Source of the DNA: Paenibacillaceae bacterium
GTDB taxonomy: Bacteria > Bacillota > Bacilli > Paenibacillales > UBA4045
DNA length: 64,000 bases
Assembly: GCA_040880185.1 (NCBI GenBank)
Contig: JBBDIY010000058.1
Coordinates: 8,046-72,045, forward strand
Direction of reading: 5' to 3'
Under the pieces are notes generated by a model, which did no database searches, was not told where the DNA came from, and saw nothing but the letters and a program-made list of their open reading frames with translations. Position 1 is the first letter of the stretch, and the number at the start of each line of letters is the position of its first letter. The position numbers and the translations under genes are program-made. This document shows, piece by piece, positions 46,621 through 56,537 of this stretch.

Positions 46621-46659
46621 AACAGCCTTAGTCCAATTGAGTTGCGGACTAAGGCTGTT
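46621..46659. terminator. Bidirectional terminator between the nosF-like gene and the convergent ABC-2 permease
   Basis: 14-bp perfect stem AACAGCCTTAGTCC/GGACTAAGGCTGTT. Confidence 0.75.
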
Positions 46660-46682
46660 AAACATAGTTGTGAGTTGGTTAC

Positions 46683-47639
46683 CTAGGCAGCGACATCTCT
46701 TCGAGTGAATACAGCCCAAGATAATACATTGAATATTACAAAGTAGACAATAAGTGTGCCGACAGAGAAACCCATCGTCATCTCATCCCTGAATGGAGAT
46801 CCATTAATATGCTGGGTTAAGTCAATGTTGGCGAATATTGAATATTTGCTCCATGGATATTGTTGAAAAATAGCCGTTACGCCCAAGCCAGCGAACATGG
46901 CGAATATGGAAATCCCAATCGCCATGGCACTGCTTCTGAATACAGCGGAGATCATAAAGGCCAGAGTGACATACATGACGGTTGCTACAGATCCTAGGAA
47001 GTATGTTTGCCACAGATGGATCAATGTACTCTCTTCTTGAATAATTCCTTCTGCATTCACATTTAAGTAGGACTGGCTCCAGCCTGAAAATCCATACAGA
47101 GCTCCGTTGATCAGGAAGGATGAAACGAATAGAACGAGCAATAAGAAGAGGCCGAATATGATAAGTGCGAAATACTTGGACAGCATAATCTTCAATCGGG
47201 ATGCGGGGCGGATGAGCAGCAGCTTAATCGTTCCTGTTGAGAATTCACCCGCTAAGCTATCTCCAGCAACAATAACGACGAACAATGTAATAAGGAAGAC
47301 AAGTCCAGTCAGACCATTAATGGGCCCCCACATTGTAGCATCCAATGGAGGTATACTATTTTCTAGCTGATATTCGACTAAGGCGAGATCCTTAGTGAGT
47401 ACTATCTCGTATTGTTTATTAAGCTCAGGTTGTGCCAATTGAGTCTTGTAGTCGGTTTGCTGTTGCTCTAGCTGTGTACGCCACTCCCCTGCTTTCATCT
47501 CTTGTCCGTTCTCAACGAAGAACGAGATCAGACTAGCTGCGATAACAATAAAGACTAACAATATAGCCATAATCCAGGTGCGGATTCTGCGATATATTTT
47601 CATATTCTCATTCTGAATTAAATTAACCAATTTGCTCAC
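46683..47639 (-). CDS. ABC-2 type transporter permease
   Basis: 318 aa. TM1, then a ~70-aa extracytoplasmic loop, then 5 TM helices. Overlaps the upstream ATPase gene. Confidence 0.8.
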   Translation of the reverse strand: MSKLVNLIQNENMKIYRRIRTWIMAILLVFIVIAASLISFFVENGQEMKAGEWRTQLEQQQTDYKTQLAQPELNKQYEIVLTKDLALVEYQLENSIPPLDATMWGPINGLTGLVFLITLFVVIVAGDSLAGEFSTGTIKLLLIRPASRLKIMLSKYFALIIFGLFLLLVLFVSSFLINGALYGFSGWSQSYLNVNAEGIIQEESTLIHLWQTYFLGSVATVMYVTLAFMISAVFRSSAMAIGISIFAMFAGLGVTAIFQQYPWSKYSIFANIDLTQHINGSPFRDEMTMGFSVGTLIVYFVIFNVLSWAVFTRRDVAA

Positions 47640-48552
47640 TCCCCGTCATTTGCAAGAATCGTTCTTCGAGTGTTTGGTGTTGGATAGTGATACCATATAT
47701 ACGAATATTGGCCTGTACCAATCGTGAGATGATGTCCGGAATTTGCTCGCGATCTGTCGAAATTTCCAATCCTTCTGATTTGCTGTTGATATGAGATACG
47801 GTATCCATCTCCTGAATAACGCTCCATGCATGTTCTGCTGCATCCACTTCAATGAGATAAGTCTGGGTTGTATCGTTACGACCTGTGAAATCCTGAATCA
47901 GTTTGATGTCTACAAGCTTACCTTGTTGAATGATCGCAACGCGGTCACACATAAGCTCCATCTCAGATAATAGATGACTTGATACAATGACGGTGATGCC
48001 TTCTTCCTTCGTCAGATAACGCAGGTAATCACGTAGCTCACGAATTCCAGCAGGATCTAGCCCATTAGTAGGTTCATCGAGAATTAATAGCGACGGTTTA
48101 TGAAGAATGGCCTGTGCTACACCAAGTCGTTGCCGCATACCTAGTGAGTATTTGCTAACTTTGTCGTTAATCCGATTTTCCAGCTTGACCAGCTTGACTA
48201 CCTCATCAATTCGGTGCTTCGTAATTCCGGGTATCATGCGTGCATAATGAACTAAGTTATTATAGCCGCTTAAATATTTGTAAAGCTCGGGGTTCTCGAC
48301 GATTGCCCCGACATGACGAATGGCTTTCTCGAACTCGGTCTTCGTATTGTTGCCATCAATGTAGATCTCGCCCTCGGTTATGGACATAAGTCCGACCATC
48401 ATGCGGATTGTTGTAGTTTTACCAGCACCATTAGGTCCTAGAAACCCGAAGATTTCTCCTCTTGGTACATCGAAGCTTAGCTTGTCGATAATTACCTTTC
48501 CGCCAATTCGCTTCGTGACATTGCGCAAACTGACGATCGGTTTGTTGCCCAT
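47623..48552 (-). CDS. ABC transporter ATP-binding protein (ABC-2 / antibiotic-efflux type)
   Basis: Walker A GPNGAGKTT, signature YSLGMRQR, Walker B LILDEPTNG. Start at ATG 48552 after GGGAGG. Confidence 0.9.
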   Translation of the reverse strand: MGNKPIVSLRNVTKRIGGKVIIDKLSFDVPRGEIFGFLGPNGAGKTTTIRMMVGLMSITEGEIYIDGNNTKTEFEKAIRHVGAIVENPELYKYLSGYNNLVHYARMIPGITKHRIDEVVKLVKLENRINDKVSKYSLGMRQRLGVAQAILHKPSLLILDEPTNGLDPAGIRELRDYLRYLTKEEGITVIVSSHLLSEMELMCDRVAIIQQGKLVDIKLIQDFTGRNDTTQTYLIEVDAAEHAWSVIQEMDTVSHINSKSEGLEISTDREQIPDIISRLVQANIRIYGITIQHQTLEERFLQMTGSEQIG

Positions 48553-48625
48553 GGAAAGTCCTCCCAATTTATAATCGTATTCCTACATAATAACCAATAA
48601 GAGTAAAAAGCAAAAGTAGCTTAAG

Positions 48626-48657
48626 AACTAGTTCAAACTAGACCTTAGTCTAGTTTG
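48626..48657. promoter_or_regulatory. Nested palindromes GAACTAGTTC and CAAACTAGAC-CTTA-GTCTAGTTTG in the divergent ABC/two-component-system intergenic region
   Basis: 10-bp perfect palindrome at 48626-48635. 10-bp inverted repeat with a 4-nt spacer at 48634-48657. The AACTAG core is repeated. Confidence 0.5.
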
Positions 48658-48715
48658 GTGTTGGATATGATATACTACAATTGCTTGCTCAATTAGATAC
48701 TGAAGGAGTTTAGCT

Positions 48716-50071
48716 ATGCTGTTCGTCTTAATTATTCTGTGGGGGATTACTAGTCTCCTTCTTATTCTGGATGCGAAGAATGTTACAACTCGCTGGTTGA
48801 GTGGTTTCGTATTCTGCGGTGGCGCCGGTGCGCTTGCCGTAGTTGTGGGGCAACAACTTATGCCCTATATGTTAGAGCAGCATACGAGTAGTGCATGGAA
48901 TCAGCCCTTATCCCAAATTCGAATAACGGCTTCCTTGACATGCTATTATGGTCTGCCTTATACATTCCTGATGTTCGGCTTATATTATCGCCGCTTGAGA
49001 ATGACAGGCATATGGCGTACAGCCGTTCCCTTCCTGCTCATTATTCCTGCACTCGTGTCCCTTTGGTTCACCCCAACATATACCGAGGAATATCCGGTTC
49101 ACTTCCGTGCGATCATCTGGTGGGTCATCCCTTATATGACTGTAGGTACTGTGTTCGTGTTGGGTCGGAAGGAATGGACGCGCACAGCTCGGCACATTCA
49201 CTGGATGACCAGCCTTGCGGTGCTGCCAGCCGCACTGTTCGTCACCGTGATGAACTATGTTCTTCCGAGCTTTGGACACATTCAGATGTGGAAATATAAC
49301 ACGGTCATTGTTGCTTTTGCATTCATCATATTTCTAATTACTATATTTAATTATGGTTTTATGGGCATTCGCGTGCTGATCCAGAAACGGCAATTGGACT
49401 CCACCTTGCGTGCAATCACCTCAGGTACGGCCATTCTTAATCATGGAATTAAGAACGATGTCGGTAAGATGACGCTTTTCTGTGAGAAAATGAAGGAATA
49501 TGCGATTAGGACGGAGCAGCAGGAGTTAGCGGAGGACATCGAGGTCATTATGGCTTCGGCACGCCATATTCAAGAGATGATTCGTCGAGTTCATGAGCAA
49601 ACACAGGATTTGATGCTGCGGACAGAGGATATCGAGCTGGCACAGATTGTAGATCAGGTGTTGAAGGGCTTGGAGCCGAGGATGACCGGTCAAGGGATTA
49701 CGATTGAGAAGAGCTATTGCCCAAGCACCCTTCTTCGAGGGGATCCAATCCAATTAGGAGAAGCGATTACCAACGTGGTCGCGAATGCAGTAGAAGCGAT
49801 GCCGACAGGTGGTTTACTTAAGGTTAATATTCGCCAGACAAAGAAGCATCTGGAGCTCAATATTATCGACAATGGCATGGGCATCGATCATAAAGAGCTT
49901 GCGTTAGTGATGGAACCCTTCTATACAACCAAAGCGGGTCGCAACAACAATTATGGGCTTGGATTAGCTTACAGTTATCAGGTCACAAAAAAACATAATG
50001 GAACATTGGATATGATGAGTAAGGTGGCACAAGGAACGACAGTGACATTTCGGCTTCCACGGATCGTATAG
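48716..50071 (+). CDS. Polytopic sensor histidine kinase (6 TM, no extracytoplasmic domain)
   Basis: H-box-like ILNHGIKNDVGKM. HATPase blocks NVVANAVEAM, DNGMGID, GLGLAYSY. Confidence 0.8.
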   Translation: MLFVLIILWGITSLLLILDAKNVTTRWLSGFVFCGGAGALAVVVGQQLMPYMLEQHTSSAWNQPLSQIRITASLTCYYGLPYTFLMFGLYYRRLRMTGIWRTAVPFLLIIPALVSLWFTPTYTEEYPVHFRAIIWWVIPYMTVGTVFVLGRKEWTRTARHIHWMTSLAVLPAALFVTVMNYVLPSFGHIQMWKYNTVIVAFAFIIFLITIFNYGFMGIRVLIQKRQLDSTLRAITSGTAILNHGIKNDVGKMTLFCEKMKEYAIRTEQQELAEDIEVIMASARHIQEMIRRVHEQTQDLMLRTEDIELAQIVDQVLKGLEPRMTGQGITIEKSYCPSTLLRGDPIQLGEAITNVVANAVEAMPTGGLLKVNIRQTKKHLELNIIDNGMGIDHKELALVMEPFYTTKAGRNNNYGLGLAYSYQVTKKHNGTLDMMSKVAQGTTVTFRLPRIV

Positions 50072-50147
50072 CAGGAATAGATTACATTTACGCAAAAAAA
50101 GTGCTGATCGGTGACTTTCCAAACGGTCCCTAATATGACTCGGAGGT

Positions 50148-50825
50148 ATGGGCGTGGATCAAATTCGTTTACTCATTGTCGAGGATGATAAAGATTGGCT
50201 GCGGGGGTTAACCGCATTTATATCGAAACAACCAGACATTCAAGTGGTTGCTACGGCGGCTACAGGTGATGAGGCATTAGCTGCACTAGCTGACCATGAG
50301 CTGGATGTTGTTCTGATGGATATTATGCTGGCGAGCAGCATGGAGGGCATCTGGCTTACCGCACAGATGACTGCCTCGACCTCGGTTAGGGTCATTATGC
50401 TAACCTCAATGGAAGAGAAGGAACTGATCTTCGAGGCGTTCCAAGCGGGGGCTGTGGATTATCATATTAAATCCGAATATACAACCATACCCGCTGCGAT
50501 TCGCGCAGCCTACCTCCATCGTTCACCGATTAATGAGGCAGTTGCCGAGCGCATGCGTGAGGAATTTCGACGTCTGAAGCGGATGGAGAAGGATGTGAAG
50601 ATCAAGGAAATCAAGAATCTCATCACACCTACCGAGTTAGAGGTACTCAAGCTGATCGACAAAGGGTACACACAACCAGAGATTGCGAAGACATTCGTAG
50701 TCTCCATTCATACGATCAAGATCCATGTTGGCCACATCCTGCGCAAGCTTGGTGTCGGAAGCAGCCGTGAAGCCGCGGAGAAGGTCAGAGAAGTAGGTAT
50801 ATTGGACAAACAGGATGACGCTTAA
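50148..50825 (+). CDS. NarL/LuxR-family response regulator
   Basis: REC (LLIVEDDKDW...DVVLMDIML) plus LuxR HTH (LTPTELEVLKLIDKGYTQPEIAKTFVVSIHTIKIHVGHILRKL). GTG 50154 is the better-spaced start. Confidence 0.85.
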   Translation: MGVDQIRLLIVEDDKDWLRGLTAFISKQPDIQVVATAATGDEALAALADHELDVVLMDIMLASSMEGIWLTAQMTASTSVRVIMLTSMEEKELIFEAFQAGAVDYHIKSEYTTIPAAIRAAYLHRSPINEAVAERMREEFRRLKRMEKDVKIKEIKNLITPTELEVLKLIDKGYTQPEIAKTFVVSIHTIKIHVGHILRKLGVGSSREAAEKVREVGILDKQDDA

Positions 50826-50830
50826 TAGGT

Positions 50831-51011
50831 AAGTAGTAAATTTACCACCCAATCGAGGTCCGAGCACCCAAAGTAGCTGATTATATAGTATATTTACTAT
50901 CCAACGGGCTCCGAGCACCCAAAGTAGCTGATTATATAGTATATTTACTATCCAACGGGCTCCGAGCACCTAAAGTAACCGATTATATAGTAAATTTACC
51001 GCCTAATTTAG
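50831..51011. repeat. 51-bp tandem repeat, about 3.5 copies (two identical)
   Basis: Units at 50859-50909 and 50910-50960 are identical (TCCGAGCACCCAAAGTAGCTGATTATATAGTATATTTACTATCCAACGGGC). Unit 50961-51011 has diverged. A partial unit lies at 50831-50858. Confidence 0.95.
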
Positions 51012-51156
51012 TCTCAATTTAATTATTATCCAGGGGGTACTAGGAAAAGTTAGTACTATTCTTTGGCATGGAATTATATGAATATATGTTTAAGACCTGG
51101 TCACAAATATGGTGATAATGGTTGGTCTTAAATTCATGTCTTGGAGGCGTATTCGA

Positions 51157-52722
51157 ATGAGTGACTTTTTACGCAAGCAATGGACTTCACTTCTAGGCAT
51201 ACTACTGATGTTAGCTGCATTTATTTATTTGTTTAAGTATACGATAGGCCTTGGTTGGATCACGGATGCCGTGATTATTGCGATTGGCTTAATATTCGCG
51301 ACCGGCTTCTCCGTATTAGGAATTACATTGGATAAGTATAAAGGACATAAGCTGATCGGAGAGATGTTCGCTGGGCTGGGTATGGCGCTGCTGTACACAA
51401 CGTTCTCTTTTGCCGGGATTTATTATGGGCTTTGGGATTCGATGACCGTATTCATCTCGATGCTAGCGGTTACGGCAGCTTTCACGACCTATGCGTATCA
51501 AGGGAATGCGCGATTACTAATGAACATAGGGCTGATTGGTGCTCTTGCTGCTCCCTTGGTGTTGCGCCCCGAAACTGACCAAGTATTCACTCTATTCCTC
51601 TATATGCTCGTCATTAATGCGGCATTCTACTACATCAGTGTTCGCAAAAGCTGGCTTGAGCTAAGATTGATCGGCTTTATTGGCACATGGTTACTGTATA
51701 TCGTGTATTACTTTCATTATGATCCTGCAATTGAAGGAATATGGAGCATGCCATATCGTTATGCGGTTACCGCATTCGGCTTCTATGTAGTTGCATTCAT
51801 GCTCTCATCTTGGAAAGAGCGAAGCTTTAATGGGCTAAACTTATATTTAGGGTTAGTCAATGCATTGCTGTTCGGTACATGGTCCGTGTCTATATTGGAT
51901 GGTGTGATCTCCGTTGCTGCACCACTTGCGGCTATGGGATTGCTGTTCATCATTATGGCCTTCATCGTATATCAACTGACAGGACAATTAACCTTGGCGG
52001 TATGGACTAAGCTTTCGGGCGGCGTGTTCCTCTTCCTTATCGCTGCTGCACAGTTCGGTCAGGGCTGGGAAAGTAAACCGCTGATTAATGTTTATATTTG
52101 GGCTGCTGTCATCGTGGTGCTGTTCATTATTGGCCGCTTAACAACATTAGAACTGTTCAAGTTCGCTTCTTATGCAGTTTGGTTAGTCATCGTCTTGTAT
52201 TGGTTTATCGTGACATGGGATACGCCTCGCGGTGAATGGTTCGGTACCTATATCCCATTCTTAAATTCGGGGGCACTTGCATGGATCCTGCTCGCAGGGA
52301 TTGGCTTCTATTACTCGACACATGTCATTTTTAATAGTCTCAAAGAGCGAGGAACCCTATGGTTTACCAGCATGAATGCTGTAGTAAGCCATCTGATTGT
52401 TGGTGGTTTGCTTACCGTGCAGGTGGAGAATTTGTTCGAAGAGTATGCAGTGCCGAATTTCTTTGACTATCAGATGACGTTATCCATGACTTGGGGTATA
52501 TATGCCTTGTTATTATTCCTCTGGGGTGCATATTCGAGACAACGGGTTTTCCGTATATTCGGATCCATCGTCCTTCTGTTGGTTACCGGCAAAACCTTGT
52601 TCTTCGACCTTGCAGGTGAAGATACGATTTATAAAGTAATTATTTTATTTGCTCTAGGAGTTATCTCGTTCTTCATTACTTGGATTAACAATAGATGGAA
52701 TCACAAAACCGAAGTGCTCTAA
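51157..52722 (+). CDS. DUF2339-type large polytopic membrane protein
   Basis: About 520 aa, almost entirely TM helices (more than 14). Start at ATG 51157 after GGAGG. Confidence 0.65.
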   Translation: MSDFLRKQWTSLLGILLMLAAFIYLFKYTIGLGWITDAVIIAIGLIFATGFSVLGITLDKYKGHKLIGEMFAGLGMALLYTTFSFAGIYYGLWDSMTVFISMLAVTAAFTTYAYQGNARLLMNIGLIGALAAPLVLRPETDQVFTLFLYMLVINAAFYYISVRKSWLELRLIGFIGTWLLYIVYYFHYDPAIEGIWSMPYRYAVTAFGFYVVAFMLSSWKERSFNGLNLYLGLVNALLFGTWSVSILDGVISVAAPLAAMGLLFIIMAFIVYQLTGQLTLAVWTKLSGGVFLFLIAAAQFGQGWESKPLINVYIWAAVIVVLFIIGRLTTLELFKFASYAVWLVIVLYWFIVTWDTPRGEWFGTYIPFLNSGALAWILLAGIGFYYSTHVIFNSLKERGTLWFTSMNAVVSHLIVGGLLTVQVENLFEEYAVPNFFDYQMTLSMTWGIYALLLFLWGAYSRQRVFRIFGSIVLLLVTGKTLFFDLAGEDTIYKVIILFALGVISFFITWINNRWNHKTEVL

Positions 52723-52833
52723 CACACTGCCTTCTGCGACAATTATTATTCAGATGTGAACAAGCGTTGTTGACGTCAAGAACGAGAGGAGCGTAAAATA
52801 ACATGTATAGATAACTAGGTGGTGGAAGATCGG

Positions 52834-53916
52834 ATGAGACTTAAACATATTGATTCAATTGTAGATGGAGATATTGTCGGGAAACCGATTCTTCTAGCAA
52901 ATGGTAATGTGCTTATTGGTGTGGGACTTAAGCTAAATGCAAAGTTTGTTGAGCGATTACGTAATTTGGGTATTGATCGCGTGTATGTCGAGGATACACA
53001 TACATTGGACATTATACCAGAAGATGTGATCCAGGATGAGACACGTAAGGAAGCTGTCACTGCAGTTCATAAGACAATGACGGACTTAATAGATATTACG
53101 GTAACAAAAGGCAGATCCATTGATCGAGATATCGGCTCAACATTCCGTAACATATTCAGTTCAATCCTAGCTGATTTAAGCCACAAGAAGAACGTTATGA
53201 TCAATCTGACGAACCTGCATACGACAGAAGGTTATCTATTTCACCATAGCGTGAATGTGGCTATATTAGCTGGCATTCTAGGGTTGTCTAAGGGGTATAA
53301 TCGGCAACAGATGGAAGAGCTTGGTGTTGGGGCTTTATTATTCGATATCGGTATGACACAAATTCCCGCTGAGGTATGGAACAAGAAAGGGACACTGAAC
53401 GAGGCCGAGAGAGCTGTCATGAGAACACACACGGAGAAAGGCTTCGACCTACTGCGTGGTCGTTTCGATATCTCGTTATTATCCGCTCATTGCGCCTATC
53501 AGCACCATGAGCGATACGATGGGCTCGGTTATCCCCGCGAATTAAAGGCGAATGAGATTCACGAATACGCCCAGATCGTAGCGATCGCAGATGTGTTCGA
53601 TGCCTTAACCTCTAATCGACCTTATCGTAATCGCTTCAAGCCGAACGATGCGATTGAGCTGTTATTTGCTTCCGGTAATAGTATGTTCGATTTGGATCTT
53701 GTCCGTTTATTCTGCCAGCATATATGTATATATCCAGTTTCCACGACCGTCATGCTCAGCTCTGGACAGATCGGGGTTGTATCGGCCAATCATGCAGGCA
53801 GTATTCAACGGCCGGTCCTGCGAATTTTGCGCGAATCGGATGGGAAGGAAGCTCATTCACCTTACGAGCTAGATATGCGCAAAGAATTGAATGTCACCAT
53901 CATCAGCTCTTTGTAG
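52834..53916 (+). CDS. HD-GYP domain c-di-GMP phosphodiesterase
   Basis: Blocks HHSVNVAILAG, LFDIGM, HTEKG, HHERYDGLGYP. Confidence 0.85.
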   Translation: MRLKHIDSIVDGDIVGKPILLANGNVLIGVGLKLNAKFVERLRNLGIDRVYVEDTHTLDIIPEDVIQDETRKEAVTAVHKTMTDLIDITVTKGRSIDRDIGSTFRNIFSSILADLSHKKNVMINLTNLHTTEGYLFHHSVNVAILAGILGLSKGYNRQQMEELGVGALLFDIGMTQIPAEVWNKKGTLNEAERAVMRTHTEKGFDLLRGRFDISLLSAHCAYQHHERYDGLGYPRELKANEIHEYAQIVAIADVFDALTSNRPYRNRFKPNDAIELLFASGNSMFDLDLVRLFCQHICIYPVSTTVMLSSGQIGVVSANHAGSIQRPVLRILRESDGKEAHSPYELDMRKELNVTIISSL

Positions 53917-54787
53917 CGCGCGAGAAAGGCCAGCGAAAGCCGAAGGATTTACCTTCGGTTTTTTCTTTGCCCTCTCTGCTGCATGTAAGAGAAGCATTAA
54001 TTTCCCCGCCGAGTAGAATAAGAATACTGCTGAGATATAGCCAGACCAGTAAGATGATAATCCCACCAAGACTGCCGTACGTCCTCGTATAGCTGTTAAA
54101 GTGATTGACATAATAGGAAAAAGATAAAGAGATCACAACCCAGCCAACCGTAGTGAACAGCGCCCCAGGTAATGCGTCATAGTAGCGAATATTTCGGTTT
54201 GGAGCCGTATAATATAACAAAGAGAAGATCATACACATGATAATCAGTGTTAATATATTCTTGAGGGGTCCCCATAACAATTCGAATGAATCAGGGATTT
54301 CTAGTATGCCGAATGTATATTGTCCAATTATATGTCCGAATACGAGCAATACGAACGCAAGACATATGAGCAGGGACAGACACAATGTGTATATAATCGA
54401 TATCACTTTGACCTTCCAATAAGCGCGACGCTCGGGCACGTCATAAGCCTTATTCAACGCCCTGATCATTGCCATCATTCCACTCGATGCCGTCCAGATG
54501 GCTGCTATCATCCCGATGGATAATAGGGCTCCGCTCCGCTCTTGTATAATCTCCTTGAACAGATCACCGACCAATGGGCCAACAGCAGTAGGCATCACTG
54601 AAATGAGATCAGCTAGAATATCCTCTTGGCTGAGCGGAGTGTATGCACTGAGTGTAATCAGGAAGATGACGAAAGGGAAGAAGGAGAGGATCAGATAGTA
54701 GGTTAATTGAGCGCCGAGTGCGGGCACTTCATCATCTTGGACGCGACCATATATATCCTGTAGGAAGCTCGTAAATCGTTTGAACAT
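53903..54787 (-). CDS. YihY/BrkB family membrane protein
   Basis: The N-terminus DDEVPALGAQLTYYLILSFFPF and 6 TM helices are typical. 14-nt tail-to-tail overlap with the HD-GYP gene. Confidence 0.8.
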   Translation of the reverse strand: MFKRFTSFLQDIYGRVQDDEVPALGAQLTYYLILSFFPFVIFLITLSAYTPLSQEDILADLISVMPTAVGPLVGDLFKEIIQERSGALLSIGMIAAIWTASSGMMAMIRALNKAYDVPERRAYWKVKVISIIYTLCLSLLICLAFVLLVFGHIIGQYTFGILEIPDSFELLWGPLKNILTLIIMCMIFSLLYYTAPNRNIRYYDALPGALFTTVGWVVISLSFSYYVNHFNSYTRTYGSLGGIIILLVWLYLSSILILLGGEINASLTCSREGKEKTEGKSFGFRWPFSRATKS

Positions 54788-54877
54788 TGGAGTTCCTCCA
54801 ATCGAAGATAAGGTTGGAATTCAATACAAGTATCACTTATTATATTAATATACACAATATGAAGGAGGTTGACCCGA

Positions 54878-55663
54878 TTGAACGCACATCAGATTGATTA
54901 TGAGATTGTGGGCGAAGAGATGCAGTTCGTCGATATCGAATTGGATCCGAACGAGAGTGTGGTAGCTGAGGCCGGCAACATGATGATGATGGATGACTCG
55001 ATATCGATGGAAACCATATTCGGAGATGGCACTAACCCTAACCAAGGGATGATGGGCAAGCTCATGGGAGCAGGCAAACGATTGTTGACTGGAGAAAGCT
55101 TGTTCATGACCGTGTTCACGAATAAGGGTCAGGGTAAGCGACGTGTGTCCTTCGCATCTCCTTATCCAGGGAGAATCATCCCGATGGACTTGAGTGAATT
55201 ACAAGGCCAGCTCATCTGTCAGAAGGATTCCTTCTTATGCGCGGCCAAGGGTGTATCCGTCAGTATCGCCTTTCAGAGGAAGCTAGGAGCGGGTCTGTTC
55301 GGTGGAGAAGGCTTCATCATGCAGAAGCTAGAAGGTGATGGATTAGCGTTCGTCCATGCAGGTGGCGCGATTTGCGAGCGTGTGCTTCAGCCAGGTGAAA
55401 TTCTGCGCGTAGATACTGGCTGTCTGGTCGCGATGACGCAAGATGTTGACTATGATATCGAGTTTGTTAAGGGAATTAAGACGGCAATATTCGGTGGCGA
55501 AGGTTTATTCTTCGCTCGCTTAAGCGGTCCTGGCAAGGTTTGGATCCAGTCCCTACCATTCAGTCGGTTAGCTGATCGGATTGTATCTGCTTCAGGGAAT
55601 GCTGGTCGCAAGGAAGAAGGCAGCGTACTGGGCGGACTAGGACGATTGTTGGATGGTCGATAA
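54878..55663 (+). CDS. TIGR00266/AIM24-family protein
   Basis: Blocks YEIVGEEMQFVDIELDPNESVVAEAGNMMMMD, GEGFIMQKLEGDGLAFVHAGG, LSGPGKVWIQSLP. TTG 54878 lies 9 nt after GAAGGAGG. Confidence 0.8.
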   Translation: MNAHQIDYEIVGEEMQFVDIELDPNESVVAEAGNMMMMDDSISMETIFGDGTNPNQGMMGKLMGAGKRLLTGESLFMTVFTNKGQGKRRVSFASPYPGRIIPMDLSELQGQLICQKDSFLCAAKGVSVSIAFQRKLGAGLFGGEGFIMQKLEGDGLAFVHAGGAICERVLQPGEILRVDTGCLVAMTQDVDYDIEFVKGIKTAIFGGEGLFFARLSGPGKVWIQSLPFSRLADRIVSASGNAGRKEEGSVLGGLGRLLDGR

Positions 55664-55737
55664 CGAACTCGATTAAGAACAATTCACGATCCAGAGGGAA
55701 TTGCTTCCTCTGGATATATTTATCGTAGGTGAAAACA

Positions 55738-56523
55738 ATGATTGAGGAAACTTCCAAGTGGTTCTATAATAGTCTTGAAAGAGAGTTATTACCTTCCATA
55801 CCATTTGATAGGGGGGAATTCATGTTTGATGGTGGATTGAAAAGTCAAAGTGGGCGTTATGAGGTAGATCATTCAAAAGCACGTTACCCGGATGTACTAT
55901 TACAATGTCGAACCGTTGTTGAGAAGCAGCACTATGTTGCCACAGGTCTTCTGACTTTTGCTGAAGGTGACGTTGTAGAAGTTGAATTGGACGAGCACGG
56001 TAAGTTTAGGCTAGGTGAAGCGGTTAAAATCACGATTTACTCACCTGTTGGTATTCTCGTATTTCAGTCCACGGTCATTGCCAAAGGTACGGAAAGTATT
56101 ATGATCCTCAACTCTCGAGAAATTAGTAACAAATTTGGTGAAGCACGACAATTCCCCAGAGTCATGGTTAATGCGTCAGCGACCATATCAGGAGTGCTGG
56201 ATGAGGGTGATGTTGCTATACCATTGCTCATGTCAGATCCGAACTGTAAAGTTGATAATATTAGCATGGGCGGAATAGGGCTTCTATTCCCTAGGAACGA
56301 TGAATTAAAGCCGAAAATTAAGTTACAGATGAGTATCCAATTACAGTTCGAATTCTCCTGTACGGTCGAGATTGTCCGTGTTGAGGACGCTGATCAATTC
56401 CAATACTTCGGAACTAAGTTTGTAGAATTCCCCAATCAGATTGTTAATCCCTTGCGCTCGTTTATTCTCAAACAACAGTTGGATTCTTATTATCAGAATA
56501 AGAATAAGAATAAATACAAGTAA
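55738..56523 (+). CDS. PilZ domain c-di-GMP receptor (YcgR-like two-domain architecture)
   Basis: RxxxR (RQFPR) and D-x-S-x-x-G (DNISMGG) motifs sit about 35 aa apart in the C-terminal half. Confidence 0.8.
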   Translation: MIEETSKWFYNSLERELLPSIPFDRGEFMFDGGLKSQSGRYEVDHSKARYPDVLLQCRTVVEKQHYVATGLLTFAEGDVVEVELDEHGKFRLGEAVKITIYSPVGILVFQSTVIAKGTESIMILNSREISNKFGEARQFPRVMVNASATISGVLDEGDVAIPLLMSDPNCKVDNISMGGIGLLFPRNDELKPKIKLQMSIQLQFEFSCTVEIVRVEDADQFQYFGTKFVEFPNQIVNPLRSFILKQQLDSYYQNKNKNKYK

Positions 56524-56537
56524 ATAAGAAGGCGATA

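Noticed and set aside
50637-50969. 110-aa minus-strand ORF with an internally repeated peptide
   Set aside because: It is simply the 51-bp tandem repeat read in frame (51 = 17 codons). It has no RBS, and its 3' part (50637-50825) runs antisense through the end of the response-regulator gene.
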